Assembly (NCBI GenBank): GCA_038231275.1
Contig: JBBRLQ010000009.1
Coordinates: 186,199 to 250,198 of the forward strand
DNA: 64,000 nucleotides
Direction: 5' to 3'
From: Polyangiales bacterium
GTDB taxonomy: Bacteria; Myxococcota_A; Polyangia; Polyangiales; Polyangiaceae
Shown here in pieces: positions 1 to 11,265 of this stretch (positions are counted from its first letter, which is position 1; each line of letters begins with the position of its first letter). The notes below the pieces were generated by a model, which did not search any database, was not told where the DNA came from, and saw nothing but the letters and a program-made list of their open reading frames with translations. A program made the translations under genes and the position numbers.

Positions 1-1
1 C

Positions 2-628
2 GTCGCACCAGCGATATCGTCGCTCCCCGACGAGCCTGCGCGCGCGAGTCGGCCGTCCTTCCCCGGCGCGCATTGGCTGACGCCGCCGCCGGAGCTCTCG
101 GAGGAGATGCGCGCGCGCTCGTCGCGCCCTGATCCGCGCGAGATCGACGACGACGAGCCCACGCTCCCCGTCATCCCGCTCTCCCGTCGCCGCGGCACGG
201 GCGACGCGCTCGCGTCCGCGGGCGAGGAGCTCGTCGGGCGCACGCCGGCGGCGCGTGTCGCCCGTGTCGGCGTGGTGGTCTCGCTGATCTTCGCGGGCCT
301 CGCCGCCCACGCGCTCGGGAACGCGCACCCCGCGGTCACGGCATCGGCTGTGGCGACACCCGACGCGAACGCGCACACTCCGGTCGCGGCCCTCGTCACG
401 CGGACCTCGAAGACCGGGACCGACTCGGCCCACGTCGCCGCCGCGCCCGCGCCGGTGGTCATCTCCGGTGCGCCCGTATGGATCGTGCTCTCGCCGTCGC
501 GTGGGGTGACCTCGACGACCAAGCGGCCGGGCGAGCCGCTCGCGCCGCTCGTGCCAGGCGTTCCCGAGACCCTCGGTCTCCCGCGTCCCGCGCCGCCCCC
601 GCCGCGCTCGGAATTCGCGCGTCTTTGA
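2..628 (+). CDS. 3' part of a Pro-rich single-pass membrane protein (5' end probably outside the window)
   Basis: Frame is open from position 2 to TGA at 626-628; hydrophobic segment VGVVVSLIFAGLAAHAL; Pro/Ala/Thr-rich tail. Confidence 0.55.
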   Translation, partial: VAPAISSLPDEPARASRPSFPGAHWLTPPPELSEEMRARSSRPDPREIDDDEPTLPVIPLSRRRGTGDALASAGEELVGRTPAARVARVGVVVSLIFAGLAAHALGNAHPAVTASAVATPDANAHTPVAALVTRTSKTGTDSAHVAAAPAPVVISGAPVWIVLSPSRGVTSTTKRPGEPLAPLVPGVPETLGLPRPAPPPPRSEFARL

Positions 629-656
629 CGGCGCCTCGCGCTATTCTCTTGCCAGC

Positions 657-2318
<1,662 letters not shown>

Positions 2319-2350
2319 CGTCAGGTAGTCGCGTCGCGTCCGAGTGGAGC

Positions 2351-3922
2351 TTACTTGCGGCGGCGGACGAGGCCGCGGACGTCTTCGAGATCCGCGCGAG
2401 AGAGCTCTCCGGTCACGACCATGAGGACGACGTAGACGACGCCGAGCGCACCCGCGAGGAGGACGACGGCGTAGCGGCCCACGTGCGGCAAGCTCGGTCC
2501 GGCCACGAAGGCGATCGCGACGGCAGCGCCGACCCGCGCGGCGGTCTTCCATGGAACGAACGCGCCGGCGACGCGGACCACGGCGACGACGCCGGCGACG
2601 AGCGCCAGGCCGAGCGCGCTGGTCGTGGCGGCCGCGGTGGAGATGAGCTGGATGCGCCCGAACGCGTCGGTCGGCATCGCGAAGAAACACGCGAGACACA
2701 CCGCGGCGCACGCGCAGATGGTGATGCTCGCCGCCAAGCGCTCGCGTCCGAGGCTCGCGAGGACCGTCATGGCGACGCCGAGCAGCGCGAACGCGGCCTG
2801 GCCGAGCGCGAGGAGGCGCAGCGTGTCGTGACCGCGCGACGCCACTTCGGACCCGTAGGCGAACTCGAGAAGGCCGCCGGGGACCGCGACGATCACCGAC
2901 ACCATGAGGCCGCCCGCGATCGTCGCGATTCGCGCGCCGCGTGCGACGTAGCGGGCGACTGCGGCGGTGTCCCCTTCGCTCTTCGCGTGCGCGAGCATCG
3001 GGAAGAGGACCTGCGTCACGCTGAAGAGGAGCTGGTAAGGCAGGAACGCAAAGAGCTGGCACGCGCGGTAGACGCCGACCCACTCGTCGGCCGCCTTCGC
3101 GGGATCGGCCGCGTTCGTGACGAGCGCCCCTTCAGAGAGGAATCGCCCGAGGACGGTGATGTCGATTTGCATCAGGACGTTGGTGCCCAGCTGCGCGAGC
3201 GCGAGCGGGAGTAGCTGCGCGAGGTATTCACGAGGCGAGGGGACCTCGGGCGCTCCTTCGCCGCCCGGCCTCCCGGTTCCGGCGCGGCGCGCGGCGAGCG
3301 GCACGATGCACGCGGCGGCGAGGACGAACCCGCTGATCGCCCCGAGCGCGCCCGACATGCCGCGCCGCGCGAACGCCCACCCGAGGCCGAGCATGCCGAT
3401 GGTGCGGAGCACCGCGAACGTCATGTCGAGCGACGCTTGCCGCGTGAACTGCGCGCGCCCGTTCAGCATCCCCACGAGCGGCGCGTACAGGCCATAGAGC
3501 GCGACCACGCCGGACGCGACGATCAACGGCGCGACGACGTGCGGCGCGTGCTCGAATTTCCCGACGAGCGGCGCGGCCGCGGCAAAGAGGAGCGCGAGCC
3601 CGAGCGCGAGGGGCACGTGCACCTTGAGCGTCGCGCGCAGGGCCTGCTCTTCCAGCAGCGCTCCCCTTGCGCGCGCGCGCGCACGCGCGACAGTGCGGCT
3701 GACGCCCTGGATGGAGGACGACACGACGACGTTGTTCACGACGCTCGCCACCGCGAGCACGCGCGACAGCGCGCCGTACCCTGCGAGCCCGATCAGGCTC
3801 GGCAGCACGGTCTGCTGCACGAGCCCGATCACGATGAAGAACGCCTTCGCCGCGAGCACGGCGACACCGCCGCGGCCCGCAGCCCGCGCGCGCTCGTCGC
3901 CCGCCGCGACCTCGCCCTTCAC
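2351..3922 (-). CDS. Oligosaccharide flippase / polysaccharide biosynthesis membrane protein (MOP superfamily)
   Basis: About 12-14 hydrophobic segments over 523 aa; motif VGVYRACQLFAFLPYQLLFSVTQVLFPML typical of Wzx/MurJ-like exporters. Confidence 0.75.
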   Translation of the reverse strand: MKGEVAAGDERARAAGRGGVAVLAAKAFFIVIGLVQQTVLPSLIGLAGYGALSRVLAVASVVNNVVVSSSIQGVSRTVARARARARGALLEEQALRATLKVHVPLALGLALLFAAAAPLVGKFEHAPHVVAPLIVASGVVALYGLYAPLVGMLNGRAQFTRQASLDMTFAVLRTIGMLGLGWAFARRGMSGALGAISGFVLAAACIVPLAARRAGTGRPGGEGAPEVPSPREYLAQLLPLALAQLGTNVLMQIDITVLGRFLSEGALVTNAADPAKAADEWVGVYRACQLFAFLPYQLLFSVTQVLFPMLAHAKSEGDTAAVARYVARGARIATIAGGLMVSVIVAVPGGLLEFAYGSEVASRGHDTLRLLALGQAAFALLGVAMTVLASLGRERLAASITICACAAVCLACFFAMPTDAFGRIQLISTAAATTSALGLALVAGVVAVVRVAGAFVPWKTAARVGAAVAIAFVAGPSLPHVGRYAVVLLAGALGVVYVVLMVVTGELSRADLEDVRGLVRRRK

Positions 3923-3944
3923 GGACTCCCTTCTGTCGCTCTAC

Positions 3945-4616
3945 TTAGAAGCTGGAGCCGTACTGGCCGCGGAGCTCGTCGTCGATCGTGGTGAAGATCA
4001 TCGCGATGTCGAGGAGAAGCATGACCGACGCCGTGACGATGCCGGCGATGCAGAAGCCACTGCCCTTGAACATCATCGGGTTCGATTTGACCTTGTTCAG
4101 GCCGACGATGCCGCAAACGATGGCGGCGATCGGCACGGGCGCGCCGAAGTAGCCGCAGCAGCAGAGCGGCACCGACACGATGCCACACACGAGCGCGGTG
4201 ATCGCGAGCGGGTGGAGCTTCGCCTGGCCGCCCATCGGATCCATCGGACCGCCGAAGCCACCGCCCGGGGGACCGCCATAGCCGCCGCCTGGCGGACCGT
4301 ACCCGGGGGGACCGCCCTGTGGGGGACCACCCTGCGGGGGACCGCCATAGCCGCCGCCTCCGGGAGGACCGCCGTACCCGCCGCCTCCGGGAGGACCGCC
4401 GTACCCGCCGCCACCCGGGGGACCGCCCTGCGGGGGACCGCCGTATCCGCCGCCGCCACCGCCGCCAGGGGGAGGACCATATCCGCCGCCACCGCCGCCC
4501 GGGGGAGGACCATATCCGCCGCCACCGCCGCCCGGAGGAGGCCCACCGTATCCGCCGCCGCCCGGAGGCCCGTATCCACCGGCCGCTTCGATCTGCCCCT
4601 GCTCGCTCGTCGTCAT
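3945..4616 (-). CDS. DUF4190-like membrane protein with a Gly/Pro/Tyr low-complexity N-terminus
   Basis: ATG at 4616; C-terminal LAITALVCGIVS..AIVCGIVGL..KGSGFCIAGIV pattern; GGGGYGxPP repeats. Confidence 0.8.
   Translation of the reverse strand: MTTSEQGQIEAAGGYGPPGGGGYGGPPPGGGGGGYGPPPGGGGGGYGPPPGGGGGGGYGGPPQGGPPGGGGYGGPPGGGGYGGPPGGGGYGGPPQGGPPQGGPPGYGPPGGGYGGPPGGGFGGPMDPMGGQAKLHPLAITALVCGIVSVPLCCCGYFGAPVPIAAIVCGIVGLNKVKSNPMMFKGSGFCIAGIVTASVMLLLDIAMIFTTIDDELRGQYGSSF
4255..4580 (-). repeat. Coding tandem repeats (GGG(G)YG(G/P)PP, QGGPP units)
   Basis: Repeated GGACCGCC(G/A)TA(G/C/T)CCGCCGCC-type units visible on the + strand. Confidence 0.85.
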
Positions 4617-4702
4617 GCGCACCCTCCGAGGCAGACAGCCTCGCACGAGAGAGCGCGCGAGTGAACGTCGAAATCGCCAAATACGTTGCTATCTTTCCGG
4701 CC

Positions 4703-5164
4703 ATGGTACCGGCAGCGGGTCTGGATGCGGCTCACCCGTCGAGGGACGCGGCCCCTGAAGACCACCGGCAAGGCGCATACCCCGCGCGAGCTCTTGGCGT
4801 CGCGGCGGCGTGGGTGCTCGGTGCCCTTCCGGCGGCGACCGGCCTCACGCGCTGCCCGGTCGCTCTCTTCACGCACCACGCGTGCCCGGGATGTGGCCTC
4901 ACGCGCGCCGTTCGCCTCCTCTTCCATGGGGACGTCGCCGGCTCCCTCCACATGCACGCCCTCGCGGTCGCGGTCGTGGCCTCGAGCGGCCTCATCATGC
5001 TCGGAACCACCTGGGCGGCGTATCGCCGCGGAACCCCCACCGATCTGTTGCAGGTGCCGTTCGGCCGCTTCGCCGCGTGGGCGTTCGTCGTGGTCCAGGT
5101 GACCCTCCTCCTCTATTACGTGGCCCGTCTGGCCGGCGCGTTCGGTGGCCTTCCGCCGGTGTGA
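4703..5164 (+). CDS. DUF2752-like membrane protein
   Basis: ATG at 4703; CP..FTHHACPGCGLTRA..L.HGD motif; three hydrophobic segments. Confidence 0.85.
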   Translation: MVPAAGLDAAHPSRDAAPEDHRQGAYPARALGVAAAWVLGALPAATGLTRCPVALFTHHACPGCGLTRAVRLLFHGDVAGSLHMHALAVAVVASSGLIMLGTTWAAYRRGTPTDLLQVPFGRFAAWAFVVVQVTLLLYYVARLAGAFGGLPPV

Positions 5165-5170
5165 GCCAGG

Positions 5171-6295
5171 TCAGCGGGCCGCGCGGACGCTGATCGGCTT
5201 CTGCCGAACGAAGATCTCGTCGGGGAGCGCATGTAGAACGCACGCATCGTCACGCTCGAAGGCGTGGACGGCGTATCCGCGATCGATCGGGGTGCGATCG
5301 CCGACCAGGAGCACGCGGCCGTTCTGCACCCACGCGAGCCCGCGGATGCCCTTGTCGAAGCTCTCGCTCGGGCCGATCACGTTCTTCGCGAGGACCGCGC
5401 CGGTCTGCGCGTCGAACGTCGCAAGCGAGGTGCGGTTCAACGTCGGCGTGGCGTCGGCGAGGACGACTGCGCCACATCGGTTCTTCACGGCGACCTCTGC
5501 GACGCTCCCGCCGAGATCGGCCTCGTGCACCAGCAGCCGCGTCGTCCCGGTCGCGACGTCGAACCGCTCTACCCCCGCCGCGGCCTCGTCCGCCGCGTCG
5601 AAGTTGCCGGGCATAGCGAGAAAGAGCCCGCCCGCGTCCTCGACGATCGTGTTGAACGGATTTTTCCCTGCGAGCTCCACCACAGCCTCGACAGCGCGCG
5701 TCGCGACGTCGATCCGGAGCATCTGCGACGGCTGCTTGGACCGGAGCTGATCGCGATCGTCGAGGCGCTCGAGCGTCACGAACGCCTTCGGGCCAGCAGC
5801 CGTGTCGACGATGCGGATCGCGCTCGCCTGCGGGTTCCCGTCGGCGTCGTAGGACGACAGATCGATCGTCGTCGTCGAGGCCGGCGTCACGATCGCGAGG
5901 TTCGGCAGGTTGTACCGCGGAACCCAGAGCGCGCCGTCGGGCGCCGCGGCGACGTCCTGCGGGTTTGCGGTGACCTTCTTCGTGGGGTCGTTGAGATTGA
6001 AGCGGTGCCCGTCCAAATAATTGCCGCAGGTCGGATCGATCTCGAAGACGGTCCCGTCCTTGCGATTCACGAAGAAGGCGCGGCCGCGTGACACCGCGAG
6101 GGCAGGATCTCCTCCGAGGTCTCCGCCAAAGTCGAGGTGCCCGCCGCCGTCGACGACGACGAAGCCGACGCCGCTCGACGAATAGTCGCTCACCGCGATG
6201 AGCGCGTCCGATCCGCACGCCGTCGTCGGCGAGGGAGGAGGCGCATCGGCGTGGCACCCGATGACGCAGGCCAGCGCAATCCATCGTGCACGCAT
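5171..6295 (-). CDS. Lipoprotein, probable beta-propeller (YncE/NHL-like)
   Basis: Lipobox VIGC; beta-rich repeats such as NPQDVAAAPDG; starts 10 bp after the upstream lipoprotein gene. Confidence 0.65.
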   Translation of the reverse strand: MRARWIALACVIGCHADAPPPSPTTACGSDALIAVSDYSSSGVGFVVVDGGGHLDFGGDLGGDPALAVSRGRAFFVNRKDGTVFEIDPTCGNYLDGHRFNLNDPTKKVTANPQDVAAAPDGALWVPRYNLPNLAIVTPASTTTIDLSSYDADGNPQASAIRIVDTAAGPKAFVTLERLDDRDQLRSKQPSQMLRIDVATRAVEAVVELAGKNPFNTIVEDAGGLFLAMPGNFDAADEAAAGVERFDVATGTTRLLVHEADLGGSVAEVAVKNRCGAVVLADATPTLNRTSLATFDAQTGAVLAKNVIGPSESFDKGIRGLAWVQNGRVLLVGDRTPIDRGYAVHAFERDDACVLHALPDEIFVRQKPISVRAAR

Positions 6296-6305
6296 GGCGC
6301 GCAGT

Positions 6306-6839
6306 CTACTTCATGTGCATCGGATCGAGCGGCGTTCCGTCGGGCCCGTATCCGGCCTGGCGCCAGCGGTCCACGTCGTTCGTCGGGACCGGGCCCGGCA
6401 GCGGCGGCGGTGGCGACAGATCGCGTACCTCGACCTGGCAGCGTCCGCGGATGCGCTCGATTTTGATGCGCAGCGGGCGCGTGTCGGCGCCGACGTGGAC
6501 GTCCTCGAAGAGCGTCTGCGACGCGCCGACCGAGAGCTTCCCGCCGCTCACCCGCGCGCGCACATAGTTCGCGACGAGCTCGGGCTCGACGTCGCCCACC
6601 GCGAGGCCTTCGGTCTGGAACTTCCACTGGAGCTCCATCACGTGCGGCATGCGAAGGCCGAAGATCGAGTCCTTGCCCTCGGCGAGCTCGCCGTTCGCCA
6701 GATGATCGACCGGCGCCGCCTGCTTCGGGCGCGCGGGCGCCGGAGACGACGCGGCGGTCGTGTCGGGCGGCGGGGGAGGGCCCTTGCCGCACGCCGCCAG
6801 CATCCCGCCGGCCAGGGTCGCGATGGCGATGCGCTTCAT
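6306..6839 (-). CDS. Hypothetical lipoprotein downstream of pilY1
   Basis: Signal MKRIAIATLAGGMLAAC; Pro-rich linker; starts 19 bp after the pilY1 stop. Confidence 0.7.
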   Translation of the reverse strand: MKRIAIATLAGGMLAACGKGPPPPPDTTAASSPAPARPKQAAPVDHLANGELAEGKDSIFGLRMPHVMELQWKFQTEGLAVGDVEPELVANYVRARVSGGKLSVGASQTLFEDVHVGADTRPLRIKIERIRGRCQVEVRDLSPPPPLPGPVPTNDVDRWRQAGYGPDGTPLDPMHMK

Positions 6840-6858
6840 GGGATCCGTGCCGTGGAGC

Positions 6859-9800
6859 TTACTCCACGATCGACGCCCACGAGTCGATCCTCGTCTTCAT
6901 CTTTGGCGAGGGGAGGTTGATTTGCAGGCTGCCGCCCAGCTGGTTGGGCTGCTTGGTGGTGTTCTTGGCGGTAGCCTTCGTCGAGGCCGACGCCACGATC
7001 GAGTAGCTCGCCTGGCTGAGGTTCGAGAGGCCGGTGTACGTACCTCCCGTGAACGTGTCGTTCGCGGCGCTGGCGTCCGAGCAGGGGGGCGTCGCCTGAA
7101 GCGCGACGCCGGTGATCACATGGCCCGTGAGCCCGACGTCCGGGAGGTCGGCGGCCGGGATCGTGAAGGGCGACGCCGGGGTCTTGATCCATTTGCCGTT
7201 GTCGGCGCCGCCGCAGCCGACGTTGTTGCCGATGGAGCACGACGCAGGGGCCGCGAAGTCCATGCCCCAGATCTTCCCAGCGCCGGTCTGGCAGACGTTG
7301 CCCGCCGAAGGAGCGAACGTCGCGAAGTACGCGGCGCCGTCGAACACAGTCATCGGGCCCGTGACGCGCTCGCCGTCCGCCCACGGCAGGTACCAGTTCA
7401 CGTACGACTGGCCGGTGCCGACCGTCTCGCGGAGCGAGTAGACGAAGTTGAAGGACGCGCGGTAGTCGTCCTTGTCGTTGTCTTTGCCCGGCATGAACAC
7501 GGTCGTCGAGAACGTGTCCTGATCGCCGGTGGCCACGTGCATGACGAGGTTGCCCGCGCTGTCGAGCGACGTCACCGGGAGAACCGAGATCGGCTGGCCG
7601 ATGGCCGCCATTTGGTTGGCGTTGCTCGGCTTGCTGCCGGTCGTCGGCGCCGGGAGGTTGGCCGCCGAGAGCGCGTCCGTGTTGAACGCGTCGAAGAAGA
7701 TCTCGCCGATCCACAACGCCGGGTTGTTGTTGGAGACGTCGAAGCGCCAGATCGTGCCGTCGATGTCGCCGACGTAGAACTTCGTCGCCACCGCGCCGAC
7801 CTGCGCGGGGTAGACGACCGGTGTGCCGGTCATCGGCGAGTCGAGCGGCGTGTTGGTCTGACGGCTCTTGGCGGCGATGATGCCCGGGATGTCGTTGAGC
7901 GTGGGCGTGCCGGCGGTGTAGCGGCCGAAGGTGCGGATGATCTCGCCGGTGTCGAGGCGCACGATGGTCACCGAGCGTCCCGCAACGCCGCCGCCGATGC
8001 CCGCCCCGCCGCACGAGACGGAGCTCCATTCACGCACCTTGGTGCGCGCGGGAAAGAGCGAGCCCGCCGGGAGCTTGTTGGTCGCTTTGGTCGCGCGCGT
8101 GCAAGTACCGGTCGGCGAGCCGCTCACGCCGCCAGGGAGGATCGCGACGCCAACCTCGTGCACCACCGAGCTCGAGTCGGCGATGGCGAGGGTCGTGATC
8201 GCCGGCGTCGCCGAGTGGCTCCCGAAGAGCTGCACCTCGTTGGAGGCGACGGGGAGCTTGGCGAGCTGCCAGAGGAAGTGCGGGCCCTTGCCGCTCGTGT
8301 ACACGGTGTTGCGCGCCGGCACCGGGCTATCGGCGGGCGCGGGCGGCAAGGTCGACGTCGACGCGTTCCAGTGCCCCGTTCCGAGTTGCGCGACGAGCGG
8401 GTCGGAGATGTCGAGGGCGTAGTATCCGGTGCCGGCCGAGCCCATGCCCGCGACGAGCGCGGTGTGCCACGGCGTGACCAACGACGTGTCGGTGCGGTCG
8501 AAGACGACGTCCTTCGCGATCGGCGCGCCGTCGAGCAACGTCGATCCGCCGCCCGGATAGTTCGACTTCAACGCAGGCAGGACGGCAGGCGGGATGAACG
8601 ACCACATCTCGTTGTTCGTCGGCGCGTTCGAGGTCGTGCACGTGGCCGGGTTCGTCCCGGCGACGTTGATGGCCGTCGCTCCGTTCGTGTACGAGAAGCC
8701 CTTCGGGGGCGGCTCGCTCGTCGCGTCGAACGCGTGGAGGAGGCCGTCGATCGTCACCGCATAGAGCACCTGCGGCCGATTCTGGTTGTTCGTCGCGAAC
8801 GCGCGATAGGAATCGTCGCGCGCTTGGGCCGACGGCGGCGGCACCACGACGGGGTTCGCGTGGAGGATCGCGCCGAGCGCGCTGAAGTTGTTGGCATTGC
8901 CCTTCGCGCGCGAGAAAAAGCCGGCGAAGTCGTACGTGCCCGAGGTCGGGCTCGGCGTCACCGCTTGGCCGAGCGCGAAGCCGAGCACGGCCTTCTCGCA
9001 CTCTACCGCAGAGAGCTGCCCGAACGCGGTGCCGATCCATGTGAACGCGGGGCAGGGGCTGTTGATGCCAAGGTAGGTCGGAGTGAGCGTGCTCATGAGC
9101 GCGGTGAGGTCGGCGCCTATCTCGAAGCCCTGTCGTGCGGTCGCGCCGTCGACGTCGCTCGGGATGTACTGGCGCATCGTCATCGTCGAATCGATGGGCG
9201 TGCCTTGATCCTGAACGGTGAGCACGTTGCGCGTCGTAGAGTTCGAGTCCACGTTGATGCGGAAGTCGTCGCCCGCCGAGCAGTCGATCGGCTGGACGAC
9301 GGCCGGCGGCGACTTCGACGTGTCGCACTTGGTCCGGATGCGCTGGACGCTGCCCGACCAGGGCCACGCGTTGGAGTTCTTGGAGTTTCCGGAACCCGGC
9401 GCCGGGTTCGTCGTGTCGAACGACGCAAGGTACTGCGACGAGACGGCGATCGAGCTCGCGAGCGACGAGAGCACCGGGCTGAACGAAGGCACCGTCTTCG
9501 ACGAAGCCTTGTCGGTGATCTGGCCGAGGATCGCGGAGAAGACCTTGCTCAAGTCCTGCCCGTTGTCGACGAAGTATGCGCCGACGCCGGGGGTGCCCGA
9601 CGGCGTCCCGGCGATCGCGATCTTCTGGAGCATGCAGCAGGCTTCGAGCGGGCCGCCGACCGGCGGATCGAGGCCCGGAACGTTCGCGGTGTTGCAGATC
9701 AGGTCGCCTGTGGGCGTGAACTTCGGGGGCGCGCCGGGAGCGACGATCAGGTTGCTGTCGCATTTCGTGTTGAGCGGAAGCCCCCCGGCCGGGGACAGAT

Positions 9801-11229
9801 CCGTCGACATCGCGAAGCCGATGACGAAGGTGGTCACGGTCGGGAAGGTGCCACCCGGACCGCCGGCGGCGAGGTCCTTGCTGATGTCCTCGGAGCGGTC
9901 GTTGTTGCTCGTCAGGGTGAAGGGGCATTTGCCGACGTTCGGCGCCGTCTGGGTCTGGCACGAGCGCTCGAGGTCGAGGTTCGGCGTGCCGTCCGTCATG
10001 AGGACGATGTACTGATCGCGGCAGCCAACGACGCCGGCGCCGTTGGCGCTGCTCGAGTACGGATCGCTCCGATACGGGCCGTTGGGATCGTTGAAGAAGT
10101 AATTGCGCGCGTCCCACAGCATGCCCTGGATCGGCGTGGCGCCGTACGGACGGGTCGCGAGCATGACGCGCTGCACGTAGTCGTTCGTCGCCTCGACGTC
10201 GGTGAGCGGCGCCGCCGGATCGGGGAAGGTGACCATGCGCCCTTCCCACATCGGCGCGGCCGGGTTGCGCGCGCCGACCTCGAAGTCGGCGAGCGTTGCG
10301 CACTGATCGGGTCGCCCCTGGCACTGGCCGCCTGCGCCGGGCCACGGACAGGCGCCGGCCAGCCACGTGACGCCGTCCCACGCCGGGAAGTAGCTGAAGT
10401 TGCCGTCGAAGAAATTCGCCGGGAGGTTGTTGACCGGCGTCGACGTGTCCATGCCGGTGCCGGCCTTGGTGTCTGCGTCGAACGTCATGAGCCCGAAGCG
10501 GGCGAGATCGCGCGCCGAGTCGATGACGCCGTCCTGGATCTGCGTCATCGCAGCCAGATCCGGGTTGCACGACTGCGAGAGCGGCGCGGTCTTCGAGGCC
10601 GTCGAGAAGATCTTGGACGCGTCGAACACCGCGAGCGCGTCGGCGCCGTACTCATCGGCGTCGTTCTTCGTCTGCCGGTGCGAGCCGAAGCCGGCTGCGC
10701 CGACGCCGGTGCCGGACCCGCCATTGTCGGAGAGGTACCATGGGCCGACGGTGCAGTAGTTGCCGGCGCTGTCTTGGCTGACCGGGCGGTGGTAGGGCAC
10801 CGTGTAGCCGTAGTCGTAGGGCTTCGCCCCGTTGACGGTGTACTCGTCGCGGAACGTCGGTCCCGAGCGATCCTGCGCCATGCAGAAATACCCGTTCGAG
10901 AACTGACCGGTCATCGTCTGGAGGATCGTGCCCCAGCGATTGGCGCAGGTTGCCGTGAACGGGCCGGTGCCCGGGGTGAGGACCGAACATTTCGAGGGCA
11001 GTCCGGGGCAGTGCACGGGGTCGGCATTTCCGCCGCTCGACTCCGGATCGGTCCCGTCGATCATCGCCTCCATCGAGCCCGAGTTGTCGAGCAGGAGCAT
11101 GACGTTCGGGAGCGGCGGCGTCGGCGTCGTCTGCGTCTTCTTCGCGAGCGCGTGCCCGGCCACTGCCGAAGCGGCGACGCAGACGCCGATGGCCGAAACC
11201 ACACGGAGGAATCGGGCCGGATTACGCAT
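6859..11229 (-). CDS. pilY1: PilY1/PilC-type type IV pilus tip adhesin with an N-terminal vWA domain
   Basis: GGAGG RBS before ATG 11229; Sec signal; MIDAS DNSGS..TP..MTDG; C-terminal PilY1 motifs LGAILHANP, DGLLHAF, EMWSFIPP, LDGAP, YYALDISDP, FYVGD..GTIWRFD; follows minor pilins. Confidence 0.9.
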   Translation of the reverse strand: MRNPARFLRVVSAIGVCVAASAVAGHALAKKTQTTPTPPLPNVMLLLDNSGSMEAMIDGTDPESSGGNADPVHCPGLPSKCSVLTPGTGPFTATCANRWGTILQTMTGQFSNGYFCMAQDRSGPTFRDEYTVNGAKPYDYGYTVPYHRPVSQDSAGNYCTVGPWYLSDNGGSGTGVGAAGFGSHRQTKNDADEYGADALAVFDASKIFSTASKTAPLSQSCNPDLAAMTQIQDGVIDSARDLARFGLMTFDADTKAGTGMDTSTPVNNLPANFFDGNFSYFPAWDGVTWLAGACPWPGAGGQCQGRPDQCATLADFEVGARNPAAPMWEGRMVTFPDPAAPLTDVEATNDYVQRVMLATRPYGATPIQGMLWDARNYFFNDPNGPYRSDPYSSSANGAGVVGCRDQYIVLMTDGTPNLDLERSCQTQTAPNVGKCPFTLTSNNDRSEDISKDLAAGGPGGTFPTVTTFVIGFAMSTDLSPAGGLPLNTKCDSNLIVAPGAPPKFTPTGDLICNTANVPGLDPPVGGPLEACCMLQKIAIAGTPSGTPGVGAYFVDNGQDLSKVFSAILGQITDKASSKTVPSFSPVLSSLASSIAVSSQYLASFDTTNPAPGSGNSKNSNAWPWSGSVQRIRTKCDTSKSPPAVVQPIDCSAGDDFRINVDSNSTTRNVLTVQDQGTPIDSTMTMRQYIPSDVDGATARQGFEIGADLTALMSTLTPTYLGINSPCPAFTWIGTAFGQLSAVECEKAVLGFALGQAVTPSPTSGTYDFAGFFSRAKGNANNFSALGAILHANPVVVPPPSAQARDDSYRAFATNNQNRPQVLYAVTIDGLLHAFDATSEPPPKGFSYTNGATAINVAGTNPATCTTSNAPTNNEMWSFIPPAVLPALKSNYPGGGSTLLDGAPIAKDVVFDRTDTSLVTPWHTALVAGMGSAGTGYYALDISDPLVAQLGTGHWNASTSTLPPAPADSPVPARNTVYTSGKGPHFLWQLAKLPVASNEVQLFGSHSATPAITTLAIADSSSVVHEVGVAILPGGVSGSPTGTCTRATKATNKLPAGSLFPARTKVREWSSVSCGGAGIGGGVAGRSVTIVRLDTGEIIRTFGRYTAGTPTLNDIPGIIAAKSRQTNTPLDSPMTGTPVVYPAQVGAVATKFYVGDIDGTIWRFDVSNNNPALWIGEIFFDAFNTDALSAANLPAPTTGSKPSNANQMAAIGQPISVLPVTSLDSAGNLVMHVATGDQDTFSTTVFMPGKDNDKDDYRASFNFVYSLRETVGTGQSYVNWYLPWADGERVTGPMTVFDGAAYFATFAPSAGNVCQTGAGKIWGMDFAAPASCSIGNNVGCGGADNGKWIKTPASPFTIPAADLPDVGLTGHVITGVALQATPPCSDASAANDTFTGGTYTGLSNLSQASYSIVASASTKATAKNTTKQPNQLGGSLQINLPSPKMKTRIDSWASIVE

Positions 11230-11265
11230 GACCAATTCCTCCAATGACGATGGGACGAGGCGCGA

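Noticed and set aside
6760-11247. 1495-aa + strand ORF antisense to pilY1
   Set aside because: Arg/Val/Gly-rich shadow frame typical of high-GC DNA; the - strand has clear PilY1 motifs and operon context.
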